From positions 384,001 through 448,000 of the forward strand of contig CAWDOD010000011.1 in NCBI GenBank assembly GCA_963803805.1: DNA of 64,000 nt, read 5' to 3'. Position numbers and translations under genes: made by a program. How positions within the stretch are numbered: position 1 is the stretch's first letter; the number at the start of each line of letters is the position of its first letter. Source of the stretch: an uncultured cyanobacterium (GTDB lineage: Bacteria; Cyanobacteriota; Cyanobacteriia; Cyanobacteriales; CAWCAG01). Below, piece after piece: positions 10,891 to 21,847 of this stretch. The notes beneath the pieces were generated by a model. That model was not told the DNA's origin and made no database searches. It saw only the letters and a list, made by a program, of their open reading frames with translations.

Positions 10891-10962
10891 GAGTTAGGGG
10901 GAGCAGGAGAAAGCTTGCTAGGTGGGTTTGCTTTTCAGGTTTTTATGCTCCCTACTGTCTTC

Positions 10963-11454
10963 TTAAGCGCAAGCTTGTTGCCATAAAGATAATAATCGGG
11001 AACTACGTTTGGCAAAAGCTATTTTCCTATGGGCATAAATTTGTCCATTGGGCATAATTGCATCAGTTAAATCTGCCTGTGCTAAGTTGATTCCTGAGAG
11101 GTTAGCACCAGTTAAATTCGCACCGGTTAAGTTAGCCCCGTTTAAATTAGCTTCTTGAAGATTAGCCGACCTCAAATCAGCTTGACTTAAATCCGCAGCA
11201 ACAAGGCTAGCTTTACTCAAATCAGCTTTTACTAGGTTGCTTTTGGAGAAGTTAGAACCTTCTAAAATAGAAAGATGAAGGCAAGCTTCGCTTAAATCTA
11301 TTTCTTGGAGATCACTCCAACGGAGAATCAAATTACTAAAAACAATCTTGCGAAAGTCTCTCTCTCCCGCTAAATATTGCTTCAATAACTGCTTAGGAGT
11401 GAAGTAGCAAGCATTTCTTTGGTTGGTATTAGAATTCTTCTGGAGAAGCGTCAT
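10963..11454 (-). CDS. Pentapeptide repeat protein
   Basis: YLAGERDF N-cap and A(D/N)Lxx repeats ending AIMPNG. Confidence 0.9.
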   Translation of the reverse strand: MTLLQKNSNTNQRNACYFTPKQLLKQYLAGERDFRKIVFSNLILRWSDLQEIDLSEACLHLSILEGSNFSKSNLVKADLSKASLVAADLSQADLRSANLQEANLNGANLTGANLTGANLSGINLAQADLTDAIMPNGQIYAHRKIAFAKRSSRLLSLWQQACA

Positions 11455-11584
11455 AGTAGATTCCAGGCTTCATTTTACTCATTAAACTCAGTATCGAAGA
11501 TGGGGATTTGCGATCGCGTTCGCTTAATGTTCTTTTTTTGTATAAGTTGTGTTCGATTTCCAATGACAACAAAGCAAACACATT

Positions 11585-12799
11585 TTACTGCGGAATTAAG
11601 GGTGGGAGAATTTCCTTTGGTTCTTTTTTGGGTTCAACTTCCGGAGAAGTTTCGGCTGTTGGGCTTTCCTTTAGTTGTTCTTGAGGTGAAGTTTCCGGGA
11701 CTGCTTTTTCTTCTGAAGGCTGAGGTTTAATATCTTTTTGTAAAGGTTCTGATTGCGTTATAGGCACTTGCTCTGATTCTACTTGCTGATATTCTTGGGC
11801 AGTAATAATTTTGACATCATTAACGAGAAAAACCAGCTCAAAATTTTTGCTTGTTGCTGCGGAGATAAATTTTTCAACTTCCTGAACTTGCTTGGGGGTA
11901 ATTTCAACTTCTTCTTTTCCCTGTTGTTTTCCTACTTGCAAGCTGAGATAAACTATAGGAGGCTGAGTAGTCCAATTCACTTTTGTTCTTAATAATTCTA
12001 CTTCTTGTTGCCCTACGGTAACAGTTTCTCGAACTAATTTATCTTGAATGGCTTTTTCTAACTGAGCTTTTTCAACTAGCTGCAAAAAACTAGCTCCTAA
12101 AGGAAAAGCTAAAAGTGTAGTTAAACCAAAAGCGACACCCAAAGCGTGGTTCATTTTGGCATAGCCAGCAATGATAAAAACTAGCATACAAGCTAGGGTA
12201 ATACCCAAAAGGTTAGTAACGTAGAGTAGAAATGCTCCTGTGGCTAAAGAAGCGTAACCTTGGGAGAGAGACAAACCAACGACACATAAAGGAGGCATCA
12301 AAGCTACTGAAATAGCGGTTCCAGCTAAAGCATCGCTGAGTCGAGGACGCAATTTAGCAAAACCACTAATTAAGCCTGCGGCCACAGCAATGCCTAAGTC
12401 AATTAAGTTGGGCTGGGTGCGATTGAGAATTTCTGACTGAAATTCTGGAATACCGGCAATTAAGCCAATTAGAGAAGATAAAACAATGGAGATGAGAGTC
12501 CCTCCCATGATGGCTAACAAAGCCTTACGAAATAAAGATAAATCCCCTTCCAAAGCACTAAAAGCTAATCCTCTTAGAGGTAACATCAAAGGAGCCACCA
12601 ACATTGCCCCAATAATTACCGCAGCACTATTGCTAATCAAACCAAAGGTAGCAATTAAACAAGAAGTATGGGTCAAAACCACATAATCTGCATCCCAACC
12701 CGCATCATTCCACAATTCTTGATGGAGTCGCTTTGCCCTTTTAGTATCCGGTGGACTAGGCAAGATTTTTTTAGTTAACGAACTCAGTTTTGAGTACAT
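11585..12799 (-). CDS. DUF389 family membrane protein
   Basis: NSAAVIIGAMLVAPLMLP and AGTAISVALMPPL motifs; several TM helices; low-complexity C-terminal tail. Confidence 0.88.
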   Translation of the reverse strand: MYSKLSSLTKKILPSPPDTKRAKRLHQELWNDAGWDADYVVLTHTSCLIATFGLISNSAAVIIGAMLVAPLMLPLRGLAFSALEGDLSLFRKALLAIMGGTLISIVLSSLIGLIAGIPEFQSEILNRTQPNLIDLGIAVAAGLISGFAKLRPRLSDALAGTAISVALMPPLCVVGLSLSQGYASLATGAFLLYVTNLLGITLACMLVFIIAGYAKMNHALGVAFGLTTLLAFPLGASFLQLVEKAQLEKAIQDKLVRETVTVGQQEVELLRTKVNWTTQPPIVYLSLQVGKQQGKEEVEITPKQVQEVEKFISAATSKNFELVFLVNDVKIITAQEYQQVESEQVPITQSEPLQKDIKPQPSEEKAVPETSPQEQLKESPTAETSPEVEPKKEPKEILPPLIPQ

Positions 12800-12847
12800 T
12801 ATTTTTCTAGAATATTACTTTTGAATATAATCTCTAAACCATCCCTC

Positions 12848-13897
12848 CTACTTGTTAATAATTCCCCCACCAAGAAGAATTTCTCCATCATAAAGTACAG
12901 CTGCTTGTCCGGGAGTAATGCCAAACTGAGGTTCGTCAAACACCAACTTGAGGCGAGAGTCTTCTAAAGGGATAACATTAACAGCAACAGCCTGAGAACG
13001 ATATCGTATCTGTACTTGAGTTCTAAAGGGTGTAGTTGGTTGAGCTATAGAAACCCAATTCATCCTACTTACTGTACATTCTCCTTGCCCTGCACTGGCG
13101 CGATCGCCCACTATTACTCGATTCATTACAGCATCTAGGGCAATGACATATAATGCCTCAGCCGCCGCAATACCTAAACCTTTCCTTTGACCAATGGTGT
13201 AATGATGAACTCCTTGGTGATGCCCTAACACGTTACCTTGTTGATCAACAATATCTCCTTGCTTTTGGTTAATGTAGCGGTCTAAGAATTTTTGCATTGA
13301 ACCGTGGGCTTCGATTAAGCACAAGTCCTGACTTTCTGGTTTATCAGCAGTTTTAAGAGCAAGCTGATTGGCAATGTGCCTGGTTTTTTCTTTTGTTTGT
13401 TCCCCCAAAGGAAAGATAGTTCCAGCTAACATTTCTTGGGTTAAATCGTAAAGAAAATAAGACTGGTCTTTGTTGCGATCAATAGCTCTCAATAGCTGAT
13501 AGCGATTACTATTTTCATCGTAGCGAATACGAGCATAATGACCAGTGGCGATGCGATCAATACCTAACTCTTTTTGAGCATAGTTTAACATTGGGCCAAA
13601 CTTAACTGCCCGATTGCATTGGGAACAAGGCAAAGGAGTAATACCCGCCTCATAACCAGAAACCAAGTAATCAACTATACTTGCTTGGAAAACTTCTCGA
13701 CTATCAACTATGTGGTGAGGAATTTCTAGTTGTTCACAAATCAAAGCAGCATCAACCATTCCTTCAGAACAGCATTGACCCTTGCCCTTCATTAGCCAGA
13801 GGGTAAGACCAACTACATCATATTCTTGGTTGTGGAGGACAGCAGCGGCTACAGAACTATCTACTCCGCCGGAGAGTCCGACTACTACTTTATTCAT
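12848..13897 (-). CDS. mnmA: tRNA 2-thiouridine(34) synthase MnmA
   Basis: [40 protein letters not shown]. Confidence 0.97.
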   Translation of the reverse strand: MNKVVVGLSGGVDSSVAAAVLHNQEYDVVGLTLWLMKGKGQCCSEGMVDAALICEQLEIPHHIVDSREVFQASIVDYLVSGYEAGITPLPCSQCNRAVKFGPMLNYAQKELGIDRIATGHYARIRYDENSNRYQLLRAIDRNKDQSYFLYDLTQEMLAGTIFPLGEQTKEKTRHIANQLALKTADKPESQDLCLIEAHGSMQKFLDRYINQKQGDIVDQQGNVLGHHQGVHHYTIGQRKGLGIAAAEALYVIALDAVMNRVIVGDRASAGQGECTVSRMNWVSIAQPTTPFRTQVQIRYRSQAVAVNVIPLEDSRLKLVFDEPQFGITPGQAAVLYDGEILLGGGIINK

Positions 13898-14036
13898 GGA
13901 ATTATCAATTTTGCTGCTTTTAAGAAACTAATTTTTTTTTTAGCCTAGCACCTAACTAATATTAAAATTCACAAATCAGGTATAAGAAAAAAATTAAGTA
14001 ATAACCTTGTGATGACAAACAGGACAGGTAATTAAT

Positions 14037-14921
14037 ATGAACAACAGTAAAGTCATTAAATTTACTTCCTTACCTATTTCTCAAGTAACTTCTCACTGGA
14101 CTTGGTTAGCAATGCTTTTAGGAGTATATGTACTTATTACTCCTTCTTCTGTTAGTGTAGCTCAAGATAGTCCATCTCCACCTTTGATTATCGAGGAGTT
14201 ACCTCCAGGCCCTAACGACCTCAACTTTCCCTCCCAGCAACCACCAACCATTACTCCAGAACCAGAAAACAACAACGAAGAATTTGACTATCAAGTACCA
14301 ACCATACCTGTTCCTAATAGTCGTCCTTCCAACCCAACACCAAGCTCTAGCACAACTTATTCAGATTACTATCGAGTTGAAGTAGAAGGAGATAGTTCAC
14401 TTTTACTAACTCAGATTCAAAACATTGAGCCAGAGGCTTTTATACGAGGTAGAGAAGGAACAATTCAAGCCGGATTATTTTCAGAAAGATATAATGCCCA
14501 ACAACGAGTTGAAGTTTTAGAAAGCCAAGGCTTCCGAGCTAAGGTCGTATCTGTAGATGTTGCTGTGAGCAGACCTAATAATACTAGCTATCCTGCACCA
14601 GTTTATCGTCAGCCTCAACCAAATACCCCTGTTAACCCCAGCAATAATAATATTCCCACTGTCCTCAACAACAGTAATAATGTTCAGCAAAGCGATGAAG
14701 ATAAAGGTTACTTTGTGATTATTCCTGCCTCACGCCAAAATTTACCTATAATTGCTGCTACAGTAGCAGAATCAGGGATAGACTTACGCTCCATTAGACA
14801 AAAACAAGGTCCTATTGGTTCCCATGTTGCTGTCGGCCCTTTCGCTACCCGTTCTTTAGCAGAACGTTGGAATAGCTATCTCCGCTGGGCTGGTATGGAT
14901 GCCCGTTTGCACCACAAATAA
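14037..14921 (+). CDS. Exported proline-rich hypothetical protein, possibly with SPOR-like domains
   Basis: Signal-like segment, Pro/Asn-rich linkers, IQAGLFSERYNAQQRV and VAVGPFATRSLAE segments resembling SPOR domains. Confidence 0.6.
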   Translation: MNNSKVIKFTSLPISQVTSHWTWLAMLLGVYVLITPSSVSVAQDSPSPPLIIEELPPGPNDLNFPSQQPPTITPEPENNNEEFDYQVPTIPVPNSRPSNPTPSSSTTYSDYYRVEVEGDSSLLLTQIQNIEPEAFIRGREGTIQAGLFSERYNAQQRVEVLESQGFRAKVVSVDVAVSRPNNTSYPAPVYRQPQPNTPVNPSNNNIPTVLNNSNNVQQSDEDKGYFVIIPASRQNLPIIAATVAESGIDLRSIRQKQGPIGSHVAVGPFATRSLAERWNSYLRWAGMDARLHHK

Positions 14922-15012
14922 CAGGCAATAGCCCAGATATATTGACAAGATAATAACTGATAACTGCTCATTGTAGGGCTTGCCCTTGTCGTAGAGATCA
15001 TTGAAAAATTGT

Positions 15013-16548
15013 ATGACCGATAAAGTTGTAGTTAATGCCGAACAAATGCGCCAAATTGAGGGGCAGCTTTTTGATGCGGGAATGCCAGTTGCTGCCTTGA
15101 TGGAGAAGGTTGCGGGTTTAATTGTTACTCGCGTGATTGAACTCTATCCTCTCTCTGAAGTATCTCGCGTTGGGGTTTTAGTAGGCCCAGGTCATAATGG
15201 AGGAGATGCTTTAGCAGTAGCTAGAGAGCTACACTTGCAGGGCTATCAAGTTTTTCTTTATCGCCCCATCAGCAAGCTTAAAGAACTTACCATAAGTCAT
15301 GCTAATTATGCAGCGAGTTTAGGCATCCCTTCATCTGAACAAATTCAGGCTTTATATACTTGTGATTTGATTATTGATGGGCTATTTGGTTTCGGCTTAA
15401 CTCGGCCTATTTCTGGCAAGCTAGTAGAGGATATTAATCAACTTAATTTTTGGAATCGGGCTGTAGTAAGTATTGACTTACCTTCAGGTATAGATACTGA
15501 TACAGGAAAAGTTCTTGGTACGGCAGTAAGGGCAACCCATACTTTATGTTTGGGTTTGTGGAAGCTAGCTTTTTATCAAGACCAAGCTTTAGATTATATC
15601 GGCAAGGCAGAGTTAATTGCTTTTGGTATTCCGGCTAAAAATGTCTGGTCAGTTTTGGGGAAACCACCACCAATTCAGCTTACTGTGGCGAGTAATATTG
15701 CTAAATATTTCCCTTTACCTAGACCGCAAATTACCCACAAATATAAACAAGGCCATTTGCTCTTAATTTGCGGTTCTCGTCGTTATAGTGGAGGGGCGAT
15801 TTTAACGGCCTTAGGGGCAAGGGCTAGTGGTGTAGGAATGCTGTCAATCGCTGTTCCAGAATCTCTTAAACCAATATTAGTTGGTCATTTACCAGAAGCT
15901 TTAGTTATTGGTTGCCCAGAAACTAAAACAGGGGCGATCGCGCTTTTGCCTTCAGAAGTTGTTGATCTGACTCAGTTTGATCTCATAGCTTGTGGCCCCG
16001 GTTTAACTAGGGATGCTACATCTGTAGTGCAAACTGTACTTAAGGCTGAAGTTCCTTTAGTTCTAGATGCTGATGCCTTGAATATTGTTGCTGAAATGGG
16101 GACAACGGAGGTTTTAGAACTTAGAAAATCACCAACAATATTAACTCCTCATTTAGGAGAATTTAAACGCTTATTTCCTGATTTACTTAATCCTAACCAA
16201 GATAGGATTCGAGCCGTACAAGAAGCTGCTCAACAAAACGGTACAGTTATTTTACTAAAAGGTGCAAAAACTGTGATTGCCCATCCCGAAGGGAAAACTT
16301 GGGTTGTTCCCCAAAGCACTCCTGCTTTAGCAAGAGGAGGCAGCGGAGATGTCCTCACAGGCTTGTTAGGAGGTCTATTAGCACAGCAAATTACCTCTCA
16401 CCACCCTTTAGAAGCAATCGTGGCTACAGCAGCTTGGTGGCACGCCCAAGCTGGAATTACCGCAGCAGAAGAACGTAGCGAGTTAGGAGTAGATGCTCAT
16501 ACTTTGTCTCAGTACTTGTGGAAAGTTTTGAAGAGGGCAAAGGGTTAG
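15013..16548 (+). CDS. nnr: Bifunctional NAD(P)H-hydrate epimerase/dehydratase
   Basis: LMEKVA, GPGHNGGDAL, SIDLPSG, VLDADAL, LTPHLGEFKRL, GGSGDVLTG. Confidence 0.93.
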   Translation: MTDKVVVNAEQMRQIEGQLFDAGMPVAALMEKVAGLIVTRVIELYPLSEVSRVGVLVGPGHNGGDALAVARELHLQGYQVFLYRPISKLKELTISHANYAASLGIPSSEQIQALYTCDLIIDGLFGFGLTRPISGKLVEDINQLNFWNRAVVSIDLPSGIDTDTGKVLGTAVRATHTLCLGLWKLAFYQDQALDYIGKAELIAFGIPAKNVWSVLGKPPPIQLTVASNIAKYFPLPRPQITHKYKQGHLLLICGSRRYSGGAILTALGARASGVGMLSIAVPESLKPILVGHLPEALVIGCPETKTGAIALLPSEVVDLTQFDLIACGPGLTRDATSVVQTVLKAEVPLVLDADALNIVAEMGTTEVLELRKSPTILTPHLGEFKRLFPDLLNPNQDRIRAVQEAAQQNGTVILLKGAKTVIAHPEGKTWVVPQSTPALARGGSGDVLTGLLGGLLAQQITSHHPLEAIVATAAWWHAQAGITAAEERSELGVDAHTLSQYLWKVLKRAKG

Positions 16549-16612
16549 GGGTTAGGGGTTAGGGGTCAGAGGTCAGGGGTGAAATTTGTTCCCCATTTCC
16601 CTAGCTCCTCTA

Positions 16613-16909
16613 TTACTCAACTGGCATAGCATCAACATCAACCGTATCTGTACTAACTTTCTCATCAGTTGATTGAGAAACGTTTTGGCGATTTTTAGCG
16701 AAATCAAGGGCTAATTGATATAACTCAGTAATTAATAGGGTTAAAACTACACCATCGTCAATGAAACCCGCAATAGGCAGAAAATCTGGAGCAAGATCAA
16801 TAGGACTTAAAACATACATTAGAGAGCCTAAGATTACCCACCAACGATACTTGGGATTGCGTAAAGTATTGCGATACCAGTTATAAATGGACTCTACAGA
16901 AATTTTCAT
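16613..16909 (-). CDS. YkvA/DUF1232 family protein
   Basis: YVLSPIDLAPDFLPIAGFIDD motif. Confidence 0.88.
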   Translation of the reverse strand: MKISVESIYNWYRNTLRNPKYRWWVILGSLMYVLSPIDLAPDFLPIAGFIDDGVVLTLLITELYQLALDFAKNRQNVSQSTDEKVSTDTVDVDAMPVE

Positions 16910-17098
16910 ATTTTATTGCTGCTCTTGCTATATTAACTATTTACTATCTTGCCAGATCCTTCTTTGGTACTCTAGTGTAGACAACCGCTCTCCCATTGTG
17001 TATTTACCGACTACAGTATTTTTTCGAGCTTCTTTAGATATATTGCCACTGGGGGGTAAAATGTAATCCTGGATTGTTCAGGCTTGCGAAAAAGCTTC

Positions 17099-17656
17099 AT
17101 GATTTCTAGTAACGATTTTAGACCCGGTGTAACAATAGAGTTGGATGGAGCAGTATGGCGAGTCGTGGAATTCCTCCACGTCAAGCCAGGCAAAGGCTCT
17201 GCCTTTGTGCGAACCAAACTAAAAAATGCTCAAACTGGTAGCGTCGTTGAACGTACCTTCCGAGCAGGAGAAACTGTACCCCAAGCCAACTTAGAAAAAC
17301 GAAATATGCAACATACCTATAAAGATGGTGATCAGTACGTCTTTATGGATATGGAGACTTTTGAAGAAACTCGTCTCGACCCAGACAAAATTGGTGATGG
17401 TGTCAAATACATTACCGAAGGTATGGAAGTTAACATAGTCAAATGGGATGAACAAGTTTTGGAAGTAGAATTACCAACCTCAGTAGTCTTAGAGGTAACC
17501 CAAACCGATCCTGGTGTTAAAGGCGACACTGCCACTGGCGGCTCTAAGCCCGCAACCTTAGAAACAGGAGCGCAGGTTATGGTTCCTTTATTTATTTCTA
17601 TAGGAGAACGAATCAAAATTGACACCCGCAACGATTCTTATCTCGGTAGAGAGTAG
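17099..17656 (+). CDS. efp: Elongation factor P
   Basis: [37 protein letters not shown] at 17099. Confidence 0.98.
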   Translation: MISSNDFRPGVTIELDGAVWRVVEFLHVKPGKGSAFVRTKLKNAQTGSVVERTFRAGETVPQANLEKRNMQHTYKDGDQYVFMDMETFEETRLDPDKIGDGVKYITEGMEVNIVKWDEQVLEVELPTSVVLEVTQTDPGVKGDTATGGSKPATLETGAQVMVPLFISIGERIKIDTRNDSYLGRE

Positions 17657-17750
17657 CCTGAAAAATTAATGAAGGAACCATTGGTTAAAAGTTATGGGTT
17701 AATAATTAAGCGAAAAATGACCAACTTAATCGAATTGGGATGTATGATTT

Positions 17751-18242
17751 GTGCCTATAGATTTTAATCAACTTAGGGAACTTTTGAGTTCAATTGCTCA
17801 AACTGATATTGCTGAGTTAACTCTCAAAAGTGATGATTTTGAGCTAACGGTACGTAAGGGCATTCCGACAATGCCCAAAAACTTATCTGCTCAAGAAAAT
17901 GCTAATTTAACTTTTGCTTCTACCCCGGTGGCTCCTTCAAATCCTAGTCTTCCTGATAACGGCTCTAGCGAGGCTAAAGCTCCAAATTCTGAGGGCAAAT
18001 GGGAAGAAATAACTTCTCCGGTTGTCGGCACTTTCTACCGCTCTCCTGCCCCTGATGAAGCTGCTTTTGTAGAAGTTAATGATCGCATTACTAAAGGGCA
18101 AATTGTTTGTATTATTGAAGCGATGAAGGTGATGAACGAAATTGAGGCAGAAGTCTCTGGACAAATTGTCGAAGTTTTGGTTGAGAACGGTGAACCTGTA
18201 GAGTATGGTCAACCCCTAATGTTAGTGAATCCAGAGCCATAA
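17751..18242 (+). CDS. accB: Acetyl-CoA carboxylase biotin carboxyl carrier protein
   Basis: EAMKVMNEI biotinylation motif; [11 protein letters not shown]; follows efp as is usual in cyanobacteria. Confidence 0.97.
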   Translation: MPIDFNQLRELLSSIAQTDIAELTLKSDDFELTVRKGIPTMPKNLSAQENANLTFASTPVAPSNPSLPDNGSSEAKAPNSEGKWEEITSPVVGTFYRSPAPDEAAFVEVNDRITKGQIVCIIEAMKVMNEIEAEVSGQIVEVLVENGEPVEYGQPLMLVNPEP

Positions 18243-18297
18243 CTTAACATCAGTGGAATTCAAAAAAATTGGGGTTTAATTACTTTTGGTTAGTTAA

Positions 18298-18654
18298 ATG
18301 GAACTAGCAAAATCAGTATCGCAAGAAGTAGTACAGCAAATAGCTGAGTATTTTAGTGTCCTAAGCGAGCCGATGCGCCTACGCATTCTCAATTTACTTA
18401 GGGATGGTGAGAGGTGCGTTCAGGATTTAGTAGAGGCTACCCAAACTAGTCAAGCCAATGTCTCCAAGCACCTTAAAGTTATGCTTCAAGCAGGAATTCT
18501 TAGTCGTCGTAGTGAAGGGACATCCGCTTACTATAGCGTAGAAGATCCACTAATTTTTGAGTTGTGTCATCTAGTGGGAAATCGTCTGGCTAATCGTATA
18601 GAACAACAAGCTAGGCAGTTTCGGGATTTTAGCCTAACGGAACATCAACAGTAA
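18298..18654 (+). CDS. ArsR/SmtB family transcription regulator
   Basis: LSEPMRLRILNLL...CVQDL...SQANVSKHLKVM winged HTH. Confidence 0.92.
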   Translation: MELAKSVSQEVVQQIAEYFSVLSEPMRLRILNLLRDGERCVQDLVEATQTSQANVSKHLKVMLQAGILSRRSEGTSAYYSVEDPLIFELCHLVGNRLANRIEQQARQFRDFSLTEHQQ

Positions 18655-19190
18655 AATCCTAAATCTGTTCCCTTGCCGCTGTGGACTAGAGCTAACTTTT
18701 CATAGCGTTTAGCGTGTTCAACTAAACCAGCAATTTCTTCCTTGGTTAGTTCTCTCGCTTTCCTGGCCGGAACTCCCACCATTAAAGAGCCAGGAAGAAC
18801 ATTTTTAGTAACGACACAGCCTGCCCCAACTAAACTACCAGCCCCAACCCTTACACCGTCAAGAATCACTGCTCCAATGCCAATGAGGCTACCCCTTTCA
18901 ATGTGAGCGGAATGAACTACGGCCCTATGGCCCACTGTGACATATTCTTCTAAAATAGTAGGCTTACCAGGATCACCATGTAAAATTGCTCCATCTTGAA
19001 TATTGGTATATTCGCCAATGACAATTTTTTCTACATCTCCCCTCACTACAGCGCTGTACCAAACGCTAGAACCCAATCCTAAAGAAACATTCCCTACTAC
19101 TACCGCATTGGGGGCGACAAAGGCAGCTAAGGAAAGATCCGGAGGCTGCCAATAGGAAATAGAAGAGGAAATATTCAGTTCTTTACTCAC
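18645..19190 (-). CDS. Gamma carbonic anhydrase family protein
   Basis: Hexapeptide repeats; RGD, TNIQDGAILH and TVGHRAVVH metal-ligand motifs. Confidence 0.93.
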   Translation of the reverse strand: MSKELNISSSISYWQPPDLSLAAFVAPNAVVVGNVSLGLGSSVWYSAVVRGDVEKIVIGEYTNIQDGAILHGDPGKPTILEEYVTVGHRAVVHSAHIERGSLIGIGAVILDGVRVGAGSLVGAGCVVTKNVLPGSLMVGVPARKARELTKEEIAGLVEHAKRYEKLALVHSGKGTDLGFYC

Positions 19191-19295
19191 TTTCGCTGAT
19201 CAAGGTATAAAATACTCACCAATTGCCAAAGAGTTTAGCAGATATAATATAGCCACTGCCACTAGTACTAGCTCAAAAATGATTATACGCCCACA

Positions 19296-19805
19296 ATGAT
19301 GAATGCAAGTTTGCAGTATCCTATTTTTGGCGCTGACATCCAGTGTCCTCACTGTCGCCAAACCATACCCGCTTTGACCCTCACAGATACCTATCTCTGT
19401 CCGCGCCACGGTGCTTTTGAGGCAGATCCTAAAACTGGCGAACTTGTTCATTTGCAGTCTGGTCGTCACTGGCGACTTTGGGATGGACAATGGTATCGAC
19501 AACATACCCATCCTGATGGGATTCGTTTTGAGATCCACGAAGCTTTGGATAAACTCTATACAGAAGGCTACAGGGCCACTAAGGTGATTATTGCTAATCG
19601 CTATCGAGAATTAGTTAGCACTTATTTAGAACGCAGTACTCCTTGGCGCGGTAATTCTGATGCCCAGTCCCCTAAACTTTATGGACTGCCTGTAACCTTT
19701 AGTGAAGAGCCTAACGAAGATCCTTGTTGGGAAGTGATTAATTTCCATTTAGAAAAGGAAAGAGGTGTTCCTGTACGCTATCCTTATTTTCGGTTGTTTG
19801 AATAA
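19296..19805 (+). CDS. TIGR02652 family conserved cyanobacterial protein
   Basis: CPHCRQTIPALTLTDTYLCPRHGAFEA and RQHTHPDGIRFEIHEALD; divergent from the gamma-CA gene. Confidence 0.85.
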   Translation: MMNASLQYPIFGADIQCPHCRQTIPALTLTDTYLCPRHGAFEADPKTGELVHLQSGRHWRLWDGQWYRQHTHPDGIRFEIHEALDKLYTEGYRATKVIIANRYRELVSTYLERSTPWRGNSDAQSPKLYGLPVTFSEEPNEDPCWEVINFHLEKERGVPVRYPYFRLFE

Positions 19806-19868
19806 GAAGGAAGCACCGGAGCAAAAGATAGTTTTTAATTTTTAATTTTTAGTTTTTAATTTTCTAAA

Positions 19869-20318
19869 ATGCACCATGCTTCTATTCGTACTGCTAATAT
19901 TCACGGTGCGATCGCCTTTTACGAAAAGTTAGGATTTATTGTTCGAGAGCGTTTTACTACCGGTTATACTCTTGCTTGTTGGTTAGAAGGTTTGGGTGGC
20001 AGAATTGAGTTAATCCAAATTCCTGAACCAAAACCTGCCCCGGATACCTTTAGTGATGAGCATTATGTGGGGTATTACCATCTTTCTTTTGATTTAACGG
20101 AAGTTGTTGAGAGTTTACCCAATTGGCTTGGGGAATTGAAAGCTAGTTTCAACCAAGCAGCAGAGGCAAATCCCGAACAGATTCAACCTTTGAAAGTACT
20201 ATTAGAACCGAATCAACAAATGATCGGCGATCGCATTTACGAAGTTGCCTTTATTGCTGATACTGATGGTTTACCTTTGGAATTTATTCGGGTAATAGGT
20301 TCAATTAATGATGCCTAA
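19869..20318 (+). CDS. VOC (glyoxalase-like) family protein
   Basis: MHHASIRT...AIAFYEKLGF, GYYHLSF, FIADTDGLPLEF. Confidence 0.9.
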   Translation: MHHASIRTANIHGAIAFYEKLGFIVRERFTTGYTLACWLEGLGGRIELIQIPEPKPAPDTFSDEHYVGYYHLSFDLTEVVESLPNWLGELKASFNQAAEANPEQIQPLKVLLEPNQQMIGDRIYEVAFIADTDGLPLEFIRVIGSINDA

Positions 20319-20368
20319 TGGCAACGGCAAGCCGAACAATGTTCAATGTTCAATGTTCAATGTGATTA

Positions 20369-21529
20369 TCACTTTATATAGTTAAGGACTGTCACTAACT
20401 TCTCTAAATGTTCTGGGGTATGGGTTGCCATCAAAGAAAGGCGAATGCGGCTAGTTGGTACTGTGGGAGGACGAATGGCAGGAGCAAAAATACCATTTTC
20501 TTGGAGTTGTTTCGCTACAGCTAAAGCTTGAGTTGCGCTAGCTAATTCTAGGCAGATGATTGGGGAATTTGTAGGTAAGAGAGGAAGTTTTTGGTTTTTA
20601 GTTAAGTTTTCTTTTAATTGGTTGACATTACACCATAATTTATTCCGGCGCTGAAGTTCTACTTGGACAATTTTTATCGCAGCAAGGGCAGCAGCAGTAT
20701 CGGCGGGGGAAAGGGCAGTGGTATAAATCCAGCTAGGGGCGCGGTTTTTGAGAAAATCGATTAAATTAGCTGAACCAGCTACGTATCCTCCTAAACTTCC
20801 CAAGGCTTTGCTTAAAGTGCCAATTTGGATTAGTTCGTGCTTGGTACAGCCAAAATGTTCAACGCAACCTCCACCTCTTGCCCCCATGACTCCTGTGGCG
20901 TGTGCCTCATCTACTAAAACCATGGCATTTTCTGCTTCTGCTAAGGCTAAGATTTCTGGTAGAGGGCATAAATCCCCATCCATACTAAAAACGCCATCAG
21001 TAATAATTAAGCAACGGCGATATTGATGGCGATGTTGTACTAACTTGGTTTTTAATTCAAGCAGATTACAATGTTGATATTCTATTACTTCAGCCCCACT
21101 TAAAAGAGCGCCGTTTTTTAAACTAGAGTGGTTATAACTATCGCTAAGAATTAAATCTCGCTGCCCCACTAAGGCAACTATGGTTCCTAAATTAGCTAAA
21201 TATCCAGAACTAAATACTAAAGCTGCTTCTGTTTGTTTAAGAGAGGCGATCGCCTCTTCTAGTTGTTGATGTAATTGCCGATGCCCACTTAATAGCCGTG
21301 AACCTGTACTACCTGTACCAAATTCCTGGGTTGCTGCTACAGCAGCTTCTATCAGCCTTTGATCTCCTGCTAATCCTAAGTAGTCGTTACTAGCAAAGTT
21401 GATTACTGAATGTCCTTCTAACTTCACTACAGCCCCGGTACAACCTTGGATGGGGCGCACAGTTCGATACCAGTTAGCTTTGTGGATTGTTGAGAGCGAT
21501 CGCTCTATCCAAGAGTAGGCTTTTTTCAT
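20369..21529 (-). CDS. bioF: 8-amino-7-oxononanoate synthase
   Basis: [49 protein letters not shown]. Confidence 0.95.
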   Translation of the reverse strand: MKKAYSWIERSLSTIHKANWYRTVRPIQGCTGAVVKLEGHSVINFASNDYLGLAGDQRLIEAAVAATQEFGTGSTGSRLLSGHRQLHQQLEEAIASLKQTEAALVFSSGYLANLGTIVALVGQRDLILSDSYNHSSLKNGALLSGAEVIEYQHCNLLELKTKLVQHRHQYRRCLIITDGVFSMDGDLCPLPEILALAEAENAMVLVDEAHATGVMGARGGGCVEHFGCTKHELIQIGTLSKALGSLGGYVAGSANLIDFLKNRAPSWIYTTALSPADTAAALAAIKIVQVELQRRNKLWCNVNQLKENLTKNQKLPLLPTNSPIICLELASATQALAVAKQLQENGIFAPAIRPPTVPTSRIRLSLMATHTPEHLEKLVTVLNYIK

Positions 21530-21847
21530 CTATAACTTTAGCCATAACATTATTCCCTTAACAGAATAGTAGTTTGTCAATTTTCAATTAACCGGGAAAG
21601 GAAAAAGGGAAAGATTGTTTCTTCAATCTTTCTTTATTAAACTTTCTTTATTAAACAGAATCAAGGGAAAGATTTACCCTTTTTTGCCACGAAACGTAGA
21701 GTTAAATTTCAGCGCTCAATTTCTTCAATATTAGAGTTTTAGGATAGGGAAAAGAAATTTTGCTAATTTGCATAAATTTCAATATTTGGCTGCGAAATAA
21801 CTTTTAAGTAAACTTGCTCATCTAAATCTATACAAAATCCAAGAATC